Source of the DNA: Phycisphaerae bacterium
GTDB taxonomy: Bacteria > Planctomycetota > Phycisphaerae > UBA1845
Length of the DNA: 64,000 bases
Reading direction: 5' to 3'
Assembly (NCBI GenBank): GCA_963666835.2
Contig: CAXXGO010000006.1
Coordinates: forward strand, 1,792,001-1,856,000
Shown: positions 9,321 through 19,561 of the stretch, in pieces
Numbering within the stretch: position 1 is the stretch's first letter
How the letters are laid out: the number at the start of each line of letters is the position of its first letter
Notes under the pieces: model-generated
Seen by the model: only the letters and a program-made list of their open reading frames with translations
Databases searched by the model: none
What the model was told of the DNA's origin: nothing
Translations under genes and position numbers: made by a program

Positions 9321-10646
9321 ATGCGCAAAATCGATGCCCGTTTTGACATCATAACCAGCATGTTCCTCGGTGGGCCCGAACCTAATAACGTCCACAAACC
9401 GCACGAGCAAGTACCGAATGGCGTCCGCGGTCGAGTTGCCATCCGGCCCCCGTCGGTCAAGGGGGCGTTGCGGTTTTGGTGGCGAGCACTCCGTTGGAAG
9501 ACGTGGATTAAGGCCGCTGGCAACGACGAAGCCGAGGCGCTCACGCGTTTGGCGGAGGAAGAAGGCCGGGTCCTCGGCGCCGCGTACGATTCCTCCTCCA
9601 ACGCGGGCCAGGCAGCCGCTCAGATCATGGTTACGTCCAAGTGTAAGCCAATCAATGGGGGGGAACTGGGCAAGCGGATCAGTAGCGGACATGGTTACTT
9701 GTTGGGGCAAGGTCTCGCCAGACCTCCGAAGCAAGGTGTTACTGTCTGCACACGCGGAGCGATCGACGGTGCCTTCACGTTGCGTATTCTCCTTCACCGG
9801 AGTCTTGATGATTCCCAGGTTACTACCCTTCGGAATGCCGTACTCCTGCTTGGGCTGCTGGGTGGTCTCGGCGCCAGAGCGCGAAGAGGGTTCGGCTCGC
9901 TCGCGATTCAATCGTTGAGAGATGCTGACGGAGCAGCCGTCCCACTTCCTGAGAATCCGGCGGAGTATGCAGAGACGCTGAGGGGCTTGCTTCATGAGTT
10001 GCCCTCGGATGAGCCACCTTTTAGCGCATTCTCGCGTTACACTCGCGTGGACATCTCCGCAACGCATAAGAACGCTTGGTTCCTTCTCAACCATATCGGG
10101 GAGGCACAGATTGAATTTCGTAGCAACGGAAGGCGGACCGGGAAAGAAAGGCAGAATGCACTCAGGCAACGGGTAGCCCAGATGCCATTCAAAGGGGACC
10201 ACGACTCGATGCTCTCCCTCCTTCCTAGTCTCTCTCCTGGGCAGGGGCCGCCCCTGACGCATCCCCGGCGGGTCATCTTCGGGCTTCCGCACAATTATTT
10301 CTTCGGCAGCGTGAATCGGAAAGAAAGCTGGCGGGGACGGAAGGAGGCGAGGCGCCGCGCCACCGTACAGATCAGCCCTGTCAATGACAAGGACTTTGGA
10401 CGTCGGGCGTCCCCGTTGTTGATTCACATACACAGGTTTCCCACCGGTGACGCCGTCGCGGTGCAGACGGTGATGAGGGCTAGGTTCTTGCCCCCCGACG
10501 AGGGAATCAGAATCGCGGCCGGTGTCAACTCTAAGGATTTCCCTGTCGCGTGCGTACCGGCATGGGATGTCCTCGATGACTACTTGGACGGGTTCGGCTC
10601 ACGGACCACCGTTCTGCCTCTTGTGGAAGGTGGCGAAAATGGATGA
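9321..10646 (+). CDS. cmr1: Type III-B CRISPR RAMP protein Cmr1
   Basis: TSMFLGG, IRPPSVKGALRFWWRA, G-loop GGLGARARRGFGS, FGLPH, RRASPLLIHI; GGAGG RBS at 9307-9311. Confidence 0.92.
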   Translation: MRKIDARFDIITSMFLGGPEPNNVHKPHEQVPNGVRGRVAIRPPSVKGALRFWWRALRWKTWIKAAGNDEAEALTRLAEEEGRVLGAAYDSSSNAGQAAAQIMVTSKCKPINGGELGKRISSGHGYLLGQGLARPPKQGVTVCTRGAIDGAFTLRILLHRSLDDSQVTTLRNAVLLLGLLGGLGARARRGFGSLAIQSLRDADGAAVPLPENPAEYAETLRGLLHELPSDEPPFSAFSRYTRVDISATHKNAWFLLNHIGEAQIEFRSNGRRTGKERQNALRQRVAQMPFKGDHDSMLSLLPSLSPGQGPPLTHPRRVIFGLPHNYFFGSVNRKESWRGRKEARRRATVQISPVNDKDFGRRASPLLIHIHRFPTGDAVAVQTVMRARFLPPDEGIRIAAGVNSKDFPVACVPAWDVLDDYLDGFGSRTTVLPLVEGGENG

Positions 10647-12681
10647 GATGTACTTCCATTTCACAATCGGCCCGGTCCAGGGTTTTGTCGCCCAAGCGCG
10701 GCGGACGCGGGATTTCTGGGCTGGGTCCTTCTTGCTTTCCTGGCTCGCCGGTGTCGCGATGAACGCCGTGTTGAAGCAGTGCTCGGGGAACAAGACCGGG
10801 ATTGTCTTTCCGAGGCCGAGCAAGGAGTTGCTTGATTGGTGGAAAGGCCGGAAGAGCGATGGGCCTCGCCAGGGGACTATTCCCAATCGCTTTCTGGCGC
10901 GCGTCGACGGCGAGGCGTTCAATCCTCAGACCGTTGTCGACAGCGTTATCTTAGCTTGGCGCGGTTTGGCCGCGGCGGTCTGGGATGCGGATCTTGAGGG
11001 AAAGCCAGGGATCTGCTCAGAGCAACGCGTCATCTGGAACCGCCAGATCAACGGTTTCTGGGAGATCTCTTGGGCATTGACCAAAACGAAAAGCCAAGGC
11101 GACGCGCGCGCACTCGACCAGCGCAAGAATTGGAGGACACGTTACCCCACACCGGAGCCGGGAGTTAGCTGCATGGTGATTGATGGCTTTCAGGAGTTGT
11201 CCGGGGAAAGCAAGCCAGGTGCGAATGTGACAAACTTCTGGGAGCAGCAACGCAAGAGGTTACCAACCGACCTTCGCGAAGGAGAGTGCCTCTGTGCTAT
11301 TGCGTTCGTGAAACGGCGGTTCGTTCGGTGTTTTCATGGCCTCAAGATCGACATGCCCGGCAACTGGACTTTGACCGGATGGCGGGGCCTAACTACAAAC
11401 GTACCCTCGAACACGTTCATGGCCGCAACCCCTTGGCTCGCACGTGTTGTGCGTGCCGCGGCGGACGAACCGGCGCGCAGCGCAGAGGGGAAACAGCTTT
11501 CAGACTTCTACGGTACCGCCAAGGCCCTGGCCGACCACGGTGAACGGGCCACGAAGATCAAGCGGATCGAAGAGGCCGTTGGTGAAGCCCAACGAGCGTA
11601 TCCGGCCCACAAAGAGGAAATCGCGAGATTAGTTCAACTCGACGGATCGGTCTTCTTCGACAACTTGCTTGACAATGGTCGCCTGTTCCAGAAACACACG
11701 GAAGAACACGCTGCGATTGTCAGAGAGAAGCTCAAGAAACTGAAGGAGATCGCAGGAGGTGGTCCGGTGCCATTCTATGCTGTCCTGGCCATGGACGGCG
11801 ATAGTCTCGGCGCGAAGATGAGCAAGGAGGAGAACCAAGAGGGAATCGCCTCCGCGCTGAACGAGTTCACCCAAGCCGTAGCCGAGAAGCTCGTCACCGA
11901 GCATCACGGTTTTCTCATCTATGCTGGCGGCGACGATGTGTTGGCAGTGTTCGCCGCTGAGGACGCGCTTGCGGGCGCAGTTGCGATCCGGGAGGAGTAC
12001 CGGAGGTGCTTCAAGAAGCAGGCCGAGCCGGAGGTCCGCAAGTCCACTATCTCGGCGGCCGTGCATTATGTTGACATCCAGCGCCCGCTGACGCGTGTGC
12101 TCGGTGAGACTCACGATCTCCTCGAGAAGGTCGCGAAAGACCAGACCGGGCGAGATTCGCTGGCCGTTCGCCTGACCAGGCCCGGCGGCGTCTCTTTCGA
12201 GTGGTCCATGCCGTGGGAGATCGCACTGACACCAGAGAAGGACGACCAAGGTCGACCGGTTGAGAGATGCCTTGAGGTGGAGAGGTTGGCTGGAACGCTC
12301 AGACCAGATATGCACCCGGCATCCGACGGCGGTCGCGACAACGAAGAGGGCGGGCGTTTCAGCCATGGGTTCTTCTACAAGATCAGAAATCACATCGCAC
12401 TGCTCAATGGCGGAAACGGCGCAGTGCTGGGTGAGAAGGAAGCTAAGGCGATCCTCGCCACGGACTATCTGAACTCTGGCGTGCATGCACCTGGACGAAG
12501 CCTGACATTCGATGATGCTGTGGCGGCCATTGGACCCCTTTTTCAACAATGCCGCCGCATCACCCGGGATCCGGTCTCGGGCGAGATAGCCACGTTAGCC
12601 AAGGACGAGCTTGGCGAGGTGACCGACGATGCCGCCATGCTGGTTCGCTTTCTCGCGACTACTGTCTATGGAGGGGAGTAA
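10639..12681 (+). CDS. cas10: Cas10/Cmr2 without an HD nuclease domain, intact Palm2 cyclase motif
   Basis: Starts directly at FTIGPVQGFVAQARRTRDFWAGSFLLSWL (no HD domain); MDGDSLG and IYAGGDDV motifs. Confidence 0.95.
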   Translation: MDEMYFHFTIGPVQGFVAQARRTRDFWAGSFLLSWLAGVAMNAVLKQCSGNKTGIVFPRPSKELLDWWKGRKSDGPRQGTIPNRFLARVDGEAFNPQTVVDSVILAWRGLAAAVWDADLEGKPGICSEQRVIWNRQINGFWEISWALTKTKSQGDARALDQRKNWRTRYPTPEPGVSCMVIDGFQELSGESKPGANVTNFWEQQRKRLPTDLREGECLCAIAFVKRRFVRCFHGLKIDMPGNWTLTGWRGLTTNVPSNTFMAATPWLARVVRAAADEPARSAEGKQLSDFYGTAKALADHGERATKIKRIEEAVGEAQRAYPAHKEEIARLVQLDGSVFFDNLLDNGRLFQKHTEEHAAIVREKLKKLKEIAGGGPVPFYAVLAMDGDSLGAKMSKEENQEGIASALNEFTQAVAEKLVTEHHGFLIYAGGDDVLAVFAAEDALAGAVAIREEYRRCFKKQAEPEVRKSTISAAVHYVDIQRPLTRVLGETHDLLEKVAKDQTGRDSLAVRLTRPGGVSFEWSMPWEIALTPEKDDQGRPVERCLEVERLAGTLRPDMHPASDGGRDNEEGGRFSHGFFYKIRNHIALLNGGNGAVLGEKEAKAILATDYLNSGVHAPGRSLTFDDAVAAIGPLFQQCRRITRDPVSGEIATLAKDELGEVTDDAAMLVRFLATTVYGGE

Positions 12682-13895
12682 TGACCGATAGCCCCACTCG
12701 CACGTGGCGTTTTGAGCAGGTGGACAGCTGGTTCTTCCGCGAAGCCCGCCCCTACGGGACCATTGGCGGAGTCGAACTCTCGAGTGTGTTCCCGCCACCG
12801 GCACGTACGGTGGCCGGCGCGATTCGGACGATGATCGGGGAGCACCGCGGAGTTGACTGGAAGGAGTTCGCCAAAGAGGGGGATCTTAAGTGGTCGCCTT
12901 TACGGGAACAGATTGGGACGGGACGCGGCGACCAGGAGTTTGGTGCGTTTCGCATGAAGGGTCCGTACTTGGAGTATAAGCGTAGGCGGCTCTTCCCGGC
13001 ACCTTCGCTGCTCCTCGCCGGGCGCAAGGCGAAACAACGCACGCTGACACGACTGCGCCCGGGCGAGGCGTGCGTGTGCGACCTCTCGCAGAATGACAAT
13101 GCCGGAGACCAGTTGCCAGTGCGGCTGCCAACTATGACAGATCCCTTGCCGGGGGCCGAACCGCTGTCTGACTGGCTAACACCGGAAGGCTTCGCGGATG
13201 TGCTGTCAGGCAACCTGCCAGCCTGGGCGGACTGCGTACCGCCCGCCGAGTTGTTCGCGGAGGAACCGCGACTCGGGATCGCTCGCGAGTGCAAACAGCG
13301 CACCACTGTCAAGGGGCTCCTCTACCAAACACGCCACGTACGGCTTAACCCTGACGTCAACGTCCGCGCGGACATTTCGGGTATTGCCGACAGCTTCACG
13401 CCTCCGGCAGGCGCCGTCCGTTTGGGCGGGGATGGCCGCTTCTCCCACGTTACAATAGAAGGTGGTAACAGCGAGCATATTGCTCCGCCGGTTCCTTCCG
13501 ACCCCAACGGCAGACAGTTACTGCTCATCCTTACAACCTGTGCCGACTTCGGCGAAACCGGCTGGCTGCCGAGCGGCTTCGCGCCGCACGCCATTGAGCG
13601 CGGCACCGTGAAAATACGTTGCTGGAAGGGTACGATCGCGAATGTCCCGCTTATTATTGAATGCGCATGCATCGGCAAGACTGTCCGTGAGGGAGGCTGG
13701 GATGCTGCACTTAGGCAACCTCGGGAGGTTCGGTCCTTGGTCCCGGCCGGAAGCGTCTACTTCTGCCGCCTCGACGACGGTGCACCGCAAATCGCAGACG
13801 CAATGAAGGCACTCCACGGTGCTACGGTGGAGGGGCAGGGGACCGAGATCGGCTACGGCGAACTAGCCGTCGGCCTGTGGAACGAAGCTTGTTGA
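12681..13895 (+). CDS. cmr3: Type III-B CRISPR protein Cmr3
   Basis: DSWFFREARP, FPPPARTVAGAIR, RLGGDGR, GGWD, VPAGSVYF, GYG; coupled to the cas10 stop. Confidence 0.92.
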   Translation: MTDSPTRTWRFEQVDSWFFREARPYGTIGGVELSSVFPPPARTVAGAIRTMIGEHRGVDWKEFAKEGDLKWSPLREQIGTGRGDQEFGAFRMKGPYLEYKRRRLFPAPSLLLAGRKAKQRTLTRLRPGEACVCDLSQNDNAGDQLPVRLPTMTDPLPGAEPLSDWLTPEGFADVLSGNLPAWADCVPPAELFAEEPRLGIARECKQRTTVKGLLYQTRHVRLNPDVNVRADISGIADSFTPPAGAVRLGGDGRFSHVTIEGGNSEHIAPPVPSDPNGRQLLLILTTCADFGETGWLPSGFAPHAIERGTVKIRCWKGTIANVPLIIECACIGKTVREGGWDAALRQPREVRSLVPAGSVYFCRLDDGAPQIADAMKALHGATVEGQGTEIGYGELAVGLWNEAC

Positions 13896-13909
13896 TCAGG
13901 AGGTCAGAT

Positions 13910-14863
13910 ATGAGACAGGCCAATGCAATGCTCGGCCTACTTACGCACACTTCTATGCACGCGGGAACCGGGCAGGCAACCGGTGTGATCGACCTGCCCG
14001 TCCAGCGAGAGGGGCATACGGGATGGCCGTGCGTGTTCGGTTCAGCCGTGAAGGGCGCTTTGCGAACCCGGGCAGTCGACCGCCACGGAAGCGCCGGCTG
14101 GATCTACGACGTCTTCGGACCACCTCCTCCCAGGGACAACACCGCCGCATTCCCTCAACCGGGAGACTACGGTGGGGCGCTTGCGGTCGGCGACGCAAAG
14201 CTGCTGCTGCTGCCGATTCGTTCCCTGAGCACCCACTTCAAGTGGGTCACCTGTCCGGCACTCCTCGGCAGGTGGCAACGCGATATAGAACGAAATCGTC
14301 TGAGTGGCAAGTTCGGCGGCAACTGGGATGTGCCCGATGTCGCTGACGACAGAGCATACGTGGCTACCTCTCCGCCTGACCGTAAGCTGTTTCTTGAGGA
14401 GTTTCGTTTCGACGCAGAGGTTCCAGAAAGCAAGCTCGCAGGCGTAATTGCGTCCCTGACAACACTCATAGACGGAAAGCCGGATCAGGGGCAGCCGGGT
14501 CCAACCCGCAAGGCGCTGGAGAAGCAGCTCGCGATCATCAGCGATGACCGTTTCAGCACCCTCTGCCGTTTCGCAGCGCCGGTCGATCCGCACGTCCAAC
14601 TTTACGACAAGAAGACGGTAGCGCAGGGGCCCTGGTACGAGGAGACGCTCCCGCCCGATACGCTGCTCTACGTCGAGTTATTGGGGCATCCGTCACGCAA
14701 GGACCCCGCATCGATGAGTGCGTCGGACATCATGGACCATGCCACAACCAGTCTCTTTGACGACCATGACTCGTACCTGCAACTTGGCGGCAACGAGACG
14801 GTAGGCATGGGCTGGTGTGGCGTCGCGGTGCACAAGGCGAGCGCCCAGCCAACCAGTAAGTAA
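13910..14863 (+). CDS. cmr4: Type III-B CRISPR RAMP backbone Cmr4
   Basis: HAGTG...IDLPVQRE (catalytic Asp retained), GSAVKGALR, WYEETLPPDT, QLGGNETVGMG. Confidence 0.95.
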   Translation: MRQANAMLGLLTHTSMHAGTGQATGVIDLPVQREGHTGWPCVFGSAVKGALRTRAVDRHGSAGWIYDVFGPPPPRDNTAAFPQPGDYGGALAVGDAKLLLLPIRSLSTHFKWVTCPALLGRWQRDIERNRLSGKFGGNWDVPDVADDRAYVATSPPDRKLFLEEFRFDAEVPESKLAGVIASLTTLIDGKPDQGQPGPTRKALEKQLAIISDDRFSTLCRFAAPVDPHVQLYDKKTVAQGPWYEETLPPDTLLYVELLGHPSRKDPASMSASDIMDHATTSLFDDHDSYLQLGGNETVGMGWCGVAVHKASAQPTSK

Positions 14864-14887
14864 CGCACAACCAACGGGAGATCGGTC

Positions 14888-15331
14888 ATGCAAACCATTC
14901 AGCAGGAGCGGGCGGGGCACGCACTCAAGGGAGTCAATGATGGCCTTGAGGGGCTGAGTGAAAAGGAGAAACGTGAATACCGAGCCGCCGCCCGTGGGCT
15001 CGGTCCCATGGTGCTGTCGAACGGGCTCGGCCAGGCCGCCGCCTTCTATTGCAGCCGAGCGGACAAGACGCACGTCAAGCTCTACGCTCTCCTCTCCGAA
15101 TGGCTGACGGAATCGCAGATGCCGTACCGCGAGAAGCCGAACCTGCTCGAAGGCATCACCGAGGGGAATATGGACCAATACCTGACCGCTCAAGCCGAGG
15201 CGCTTTTGTACCTGCACTGGGTCAGCATGTTTGCAACCGCGCTGATCCGGACGGAATCGAATCCCGGCCGTGCTGCGGGAGACTCAGACGAATCCCCCGC
15301 GCCGGACGCAGAGGAAGGCAAGGTCGAATAA
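14888..15331 (+). CDS. cmr5: Type III-B small subunit Cmr5
   Basis: MQTIQQERA...YRAAARGLGPMVLSNGLGQAAAF; sits between cmr4 and cmr6. Confidence 0.9.
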   Translation: MQTIQQERAGHALKGVNDGLEGLSEKEKREYRAAARGLGPMVLSNGLGQAAAFYCSRADKTHVKLYALLSEWLTESQMPYREKPNLLEGITEGNMDQYLTAQAEALLYLHWVSMFATALIRTESNPGRAAGDSDESPAPDAEEGKVE

Positions 15332-16164
15332 TGGCAACGCTCCCCCTCTACAAGAACCACAACAGCCCTCCTCGGCTGGATCGCAACCAGAAGCCTCACT
15401 GCGGCCTCTGGTGGGAGAGATTCTGCACTCTGTACCGGTGCGTGGGCGGGAAGTGGATCGCAGCCGAAGCGCAGAATGACAGAGAAAGCTCACCGAAGCT
15501 TGATTGGATCAACGAATTCGCAAGGGACGCTTGTGGCGACCCTGCGATGCTCGCTCTCGCCGAAAGCCGCATGAGGAACCTGTGCACTACCCTACGCGGC
15601 AGCACGCGGACCTTTGCCACCGACTGGCACTTTGTCACTGGCCTCGGCATCGACCACGCCGTCGAAAACGGCTTCGGCTGGCACCCCACGTTGGGTGTGC
15701 CCTATCTGCCGGGTTGCGCCGTGAAGGGCATGCTCCGTGCGTGGTTAACCCACTGGGACGAGGAGGATAAGAGCAAGCTCGACCGGTGGCTCGGCACCTC
15801 CAAAGAGGCAGGCAAGTTCGTTTTCTTCGATGCCCTCCCCCCGAAGCCGGTGAAGCTCACCGCCGATGTGATGACGCCGCACATGGGCAATTGGTACAGC
15901 GAAGGCGCGTCAATCAGCGCTGTCAGCCATGAAGAGTGCAAGAAGATCCCGGGGGATTGGCACAACCCGGTCCCGGTTCCGTTTCTGGCTGTCCAAGCCG
16001 GCCAGCAGTTCGTGTTCGCCGTCGCACCGAAAAGAAGCGGCGACAGCGCAGAGAGTGACCGGAAGGAAGTGGCCGAAGTACTTGATCAGATTGAGCAGGC
16101 TTTGACGTGGATCGGCGCCGGCGCCAAGACCGCAGTCGGATATGGTCGTTTCGAGCGAGTTTAG
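15331..16164 (+). CDS. cmr6: Type III-B CRISPR RAMP protein Cmr6
   Basis: FVTGLG...ENGFGWHPTLGVPYLPGCAVKG, DVMTPH, PVPVPFL, GAGAKTAVGYGRF. Confidence 0.93.
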   Translation: MATLPLYKNHNSPPRLDRNQKPHCGLWWERFCTLYRCVGGKWIAAEAQNDRESSPKLDWINEFARDACGDPAMLALAESRMRNLCTTLRGSTRTFATDWHFVTGLGIDHAVENGFGWHPTLGVPYLPGCAVKGMLRAWLTHWDEEDKSKLDRWLGTSKEAGKFVFFDALPPKPVKLTADVMTPHMGNWYSEGASISAVSHEECKKIPGDWHNPVPVPFLAVQAGQQFVFAVAPKRSGDSAESDRKEVAEVLDQIEQALTWIGAGAKTAVGYGRFERV

Positions 16165-16208
16165 ACGGCGGACGAACACCTGAGTACTACTTTCGCATCC
16201 GAGATGAC

Positions 16209-18971
16209 ATGCCTGTTTCAGCTCCCAGCTTCTATCGACTCCAGGTCACCTTACGCATGACCGCCCGAGCCTCGCTCCCGGCCCATCATGCCGGTGTACT
16301 CTACTCGCTACTGGCCGCGGCCAACGGACGGGCCGTCGATATGGAGCCCGCTCTGCCGGACGGGCTGATGCTCGACGCCCCGGAACAGTGCCGCATGAGC
16401 CTCTCGCCGGGAGAGCGTTATAACTTCGGCTTCACCCTGCTATCCGACAATGACGATCGCGCGCAAGCGTGCATTGACCAGATCCGTGACGGGCTTGCAC
16501 GACACGGCAAAGAGCGTGCCTACGAGCCCCACGTCTTCGGCGGGAACTTCGCCGTTGCCGAACTTCGCGACCTCGTGGCAAACGCACCCATCGAAGCCGG
16601 GCAGGTCCCCGAAGCCATCCCGCTTGACCACCTGGAGGATGAGTGCCGTCGCCTCGAGTCGGAACCCAGGCTCAGTCTGAGTTTCACCTCGCCGTTACGC
16701 ATGCCGCGCCCGACCCGCTTCCGCGAAGAGGGACACGGGTTCTTCGACGGCCACCAGTTCTATACCGGGCTGTTTCTCCTTCGCCTGTGCCGCCGCCTTC
16801 GTAGGCTCGGGTTCCTCGACATCCCGGAATTCGCTCCAGACGACACGAATCACCTGGCTCACCTTGCGGCGAATCGGCTTGTCTGGCTCGACTTTTCCTA
16901 TGGACCACACGGGCAGCGGAAGTCCCTCGGCGGTGCACTCGGTTTGCTCACGGTTGAGCGCGTAGACCCCCGCGCGATTCGCCCCCTGGTACTCGGACAA
17001 TACGTCCGATGCGGCCAGAACACGCGATTCGGACTCGGTGCCTATCGCATCGCGCAGCTCGGCCCGTCGTCGTTTCCCGCCCGACGTGCCGTTTCGCTCT
17101 TGCGGCTCGCCCTGCGGCAGGATCACCTCGACACCGCCGCGCACCGCTATGAGCTCCCCAGCGGTTTACTCCAGACCCTCGCCGGACGCGTGGAGACCGG
17201 CTCCTATCAGCCCGAACCATCCCACAGTGTCACAATCCCCAAGCCGGACGGCGGCGAGCGCACGTTACGGATCGCGTCACCTGCTGACCGAGCACTGCAG
17301 CGGGTGTTGTTTGAACGCCTCGCGCCCGCGGTCGACGCCTTCTTCGAGGATTCTTCACTTGCGTACCGGCGAGGTCTCGGCAGACGCCGCGCCGCTCATC
17401 GCATCCGGCACGCCTTCCGGGAGGGCTACGGACACGCAATAAAGGCCGATTTCTTCCACTTCTTCGATTCGATTGACCATGCCCTCCTTCGAGCTCGCCT
17501 CAGCGCCTATATTGCAGATCACGAGACTGTCGACCTTATCATGCGCTGGGTAGGCGCCGACGCTCCCGAGCTTGGCCGCGGAATCCCCACCGGCTCGCCA
17601 CTCTCGCCTTTGCTTGCCAACCTGTTCCTTGACGAGTTCGATGAAGAGATCGAGCGGCACGGCGGACGCCTTGTTCGCTATGCAGATGATTTCCTGGTGC
17701 TCTACCGCACCCGCGCCGAAGCCGACCGAGTTTACGAAACGGCCGTCCAAGCCGCCCATGCCTTGGCCTTGGTACTGAACCGGAACAAAACCACGCGTCT
17801 CGATCTTACTGAAGGCTTCGAGTTCCTGGGATTCAGTTTCGAACGCACGGATCGTTGGGTCGCCAAGCCCGGGGAAGGGCCCAGGCACCTGCAGGATCTG
17901 GGTTGGCACGAGTCGCACAACAAGCCCAAGCCGGCCCCCAACCGGCTCGCCTTTGCCGGGGAGGACGCCACCATTGAGCCGTCGAACCGTGCATGGGCCG
18001 TGTTCGGTCCGGGAGCCGTAAAGCTGCGAATCAGCAGTGGCCGGCTGTTGTGCGCATACCGGGATGGTTCAACGTCCGCCGCTCACCTCGACCACGTGCG
18101 GAGTGTACTCGTTCTCGGCCGCCCGACTATGTCCTCCGGAGTACTCGAAGCCCTCCGTCACCACAGTGTACCAATGCTCGTCGCCGACGATTTCGGTCGC
18201 TCCCAAAGCACATTCACCCATAACGAGATTGTCGAGCATCCGCAGGCCGTCGCGGCGCAGGTGAACATGCTCCACGACAAACCGCACCGGCTCGCACTCG
18301 CCAAGCGACTCGTCTGGGCTAAGATCTCCAACTACGCCACTTTGGCCGCGTCCCTGCGCTCCAAGACGGATGGAACGTCCGAGACCCTCCGAGCGTATGA
18401 AACGCGCTGCCGCGAGGCCGCCGATATACAGGAACTCCTCGGCTTCGAGGGCGCTGCGGCCGCCGCCTGGTATCGCGTCTTCCCGCGCCTGTTGCCGGAT
18501 TGGTGCCGGTTTTCGCGCCGCGTGGCCCCCGACGCCTCCGACCCCGCCAATATCCTGCTCAACATTGCCCAGTCGGCATTGCACAACCAGTGTATTGCTG
18601 CGGCGCGCCTGGCCGGGCTTTCGCCGGTTGTCGGGGTCCTCCACGATCTGCGGCAAGGTCACGCGGCCCTGGCCTCCGACCTCCAGGAGCCGTTCCGCCA
18701 CCTTATGGACCGGGTGGTCATAGAGGCTATGCCGCTGCTGAAGCCCAAGGACTTCCGGAGAGTCGAAGGCAGCGAGTATCAGCTTACGATCGCTCCCAAG
18801 GCCATCCGCCTGTTCCTCGCGCACCTTTACGAGACGTTCCATCTGAATTGCCGATCGCGCGGCACGCTCGATACGTGCACCTATCTTGCTCATCTGTCGA
18901 TGAACGCCCGCTCCTTTCGCCGGCACCTGCTTGATCGCAAGGTCTTTCCCCACTACTTTCGTCACCCATGA
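16209..18971 (+). CDS. cas1: Cas6-reverse transcriptase-Cas1 triple fusion
   Basis: N-terminal Cas6 with G-loop GQNTRFGLGAY; central RT (IPKPDG, KADFFHFFDSIDH, GIPTGSPLSPLLANLFLD, YADDF, FLGF); C-terminal Cas1 (LLGFEGAAA, NILLN, GVLH, LASDLQEPFR). Start codon estimated. Confidence 0.93.
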   Translation: MPVSAPSFYRLQVTLRMTARASLPAHHAGVLYSLLAAANGRAVDMEPALPDGLMLDAPEQCRMSLSPGERYNFGFTLLSDNDDRAQACIDQIRDGLARHGKERAYEPHVFGGNFAVAELRDLVANAPIEAGQVPEAIPLDHLEDECRRLESEPRLSLSFTSPLRMPRPTRFREEGHGFFDGHQFYTGLFLLRLCRRLRRLGFLDIPEFAPDDTNHLAHLAANRLVWLDFSYGPHGQRKSLGGALGLLTVERVDPRAIRPLVLGQYVRCGQNTRFGLGAYRIAQLGPSSFPARRAVSLLRLALRQDHLDTAAHRYELPSGLLQTLAGRVETGSYQPEPSHSVTIPKPDGGERTLRIASPADRALQRVLFERLAPAVDAFFEDSSLAYRRGLGRRRAAHRIRHAFREGYGHAIKADFFHFFDSIDHALLRARLSAYIADHETVDLIMRWVGADAPELGRGIPTGSPLSPLLANLFLDEFDEEIERHGGRLVRYADDFLVLYRTRAEADRVYETAVQAAHALALVLNRNKTTRLDLTEGFEFLGFSFERTDRWVAKPGEGPRHLQDLGWHESHNKPKPAPNRLAFAGEDATIEPSNRAWAVFGPGAVKLRISSGRLLCAYRDGSTSAAHLDHVRSVLVLGRPTMSSGVLEALRHHSVPMLVADDFGRSQSTFTHNEIVEHPQAVAAQVNMLHDKPHRLALAKRLVWAKISNYATLAASLRSKTDGTSETLRAYETRCREAADIQELLGFEGAAAAAWYRVFPRLLPDWCRFSRRVAPDASDPANILLNIAQSALHNQCIAAARLAGLSPVVGVLHDLRQGHAALASDLQEPFRHLMDRVVIEAMPLLKPKDFRRVEGSEYQLTIAPKAIRLFLAHLYETFHLNCRSRGTLDTCTYLAHLSMNARSFRRHLLDRKVFPHYFRHP

Positions 18972-19240
18972 GCCAGTATGTAGCCGCCTATGACGTCTCC
19001 GATGACCAGCGCCGGCGTGCGGTTGCGGCCGTTTTGTCATCCTACGGCCAACGTATTCAGCAGTCGGTCTTCGAGATCTGGCTTGAGCCGCCGGAACTTC
19101 CCGAGTTACGCCGCAGCATCGGACCGTTGTTGGCCGTGACGGATGCGTTCGACCTCGTCCCGATCGACAACCGGGGCACACGCCCGCGCTATCGATGGCA
19201 GCGCCCCGTCGAAACGCAGAAGGCCGTTCTGCTCTGTTGA
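18968..19240 (+). CDS. cas2: CRISPR-associated endoribonuclease Cas2
   Basis: YVAAYDVSDDQRR...YGQRIQQSVFE; ATGA overlap with the Cas1 fusion. Confidence 0.95.
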   Translation: MSQYVAAYDVSDDQRRRAVAAVLSSYGQRIQQSVFEIWLEPPELPELRRSIGPLLAVTDAFDLVPIDNRGTRPRYRWQRPVETQKAVLLC

Positions 19241-19561
19241 CACTCGGAAGCCGGCACACATCTGGACAATATGCTCGATCTGTGATAAGATAATAACAGA
19301 GTTGGGCGGCTGCGCCTTGCTGGGCGCGGTCCAACACGTGCATGCCCCCGGCCGGCCTGGGCCGGAACTTTCGCGCAGGGAGGGGCATCCGGCCGAAGCG
19401 TTGACGCCGGCCCCGAAATGCGTGATTGCGAACCCGCCGTCGCGGTGGGAGGTGGAGGTTGTTCTTTCTCATCGGAATAGAACCTATGATCGCGGCTTCG
19501 CTAACTCCTTTTGACCACACCGATTACGTCGCTTCGGCCCATCGGCGCAAGGAACGAGGGG
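19241..19561 (+). promoter_or_regulatory. CRISPR leader region
   Basis: Interval without a convincing gene between cas2 and the first repeat; the degenerate repeat is at the opposite end of the array. Confidence 0.65.

Noticed and set aside
9045..10433. 462-aa minus-strand ORF, plus similar long ORFs such as 18069-19520, 3552-4634 and 63110-63880
   Set aside because: Antisense shadows of well-supported genes in GC-rich DNA, with no recognisable motifs.
17100..17900. Group II intron, retron or DGR reverse transcriptase
   Set aside because: The RT is fused in frame between Cas6 and Cas1; no maturase/endonuclease domain, msr-msd or TR/VR pair was seen.
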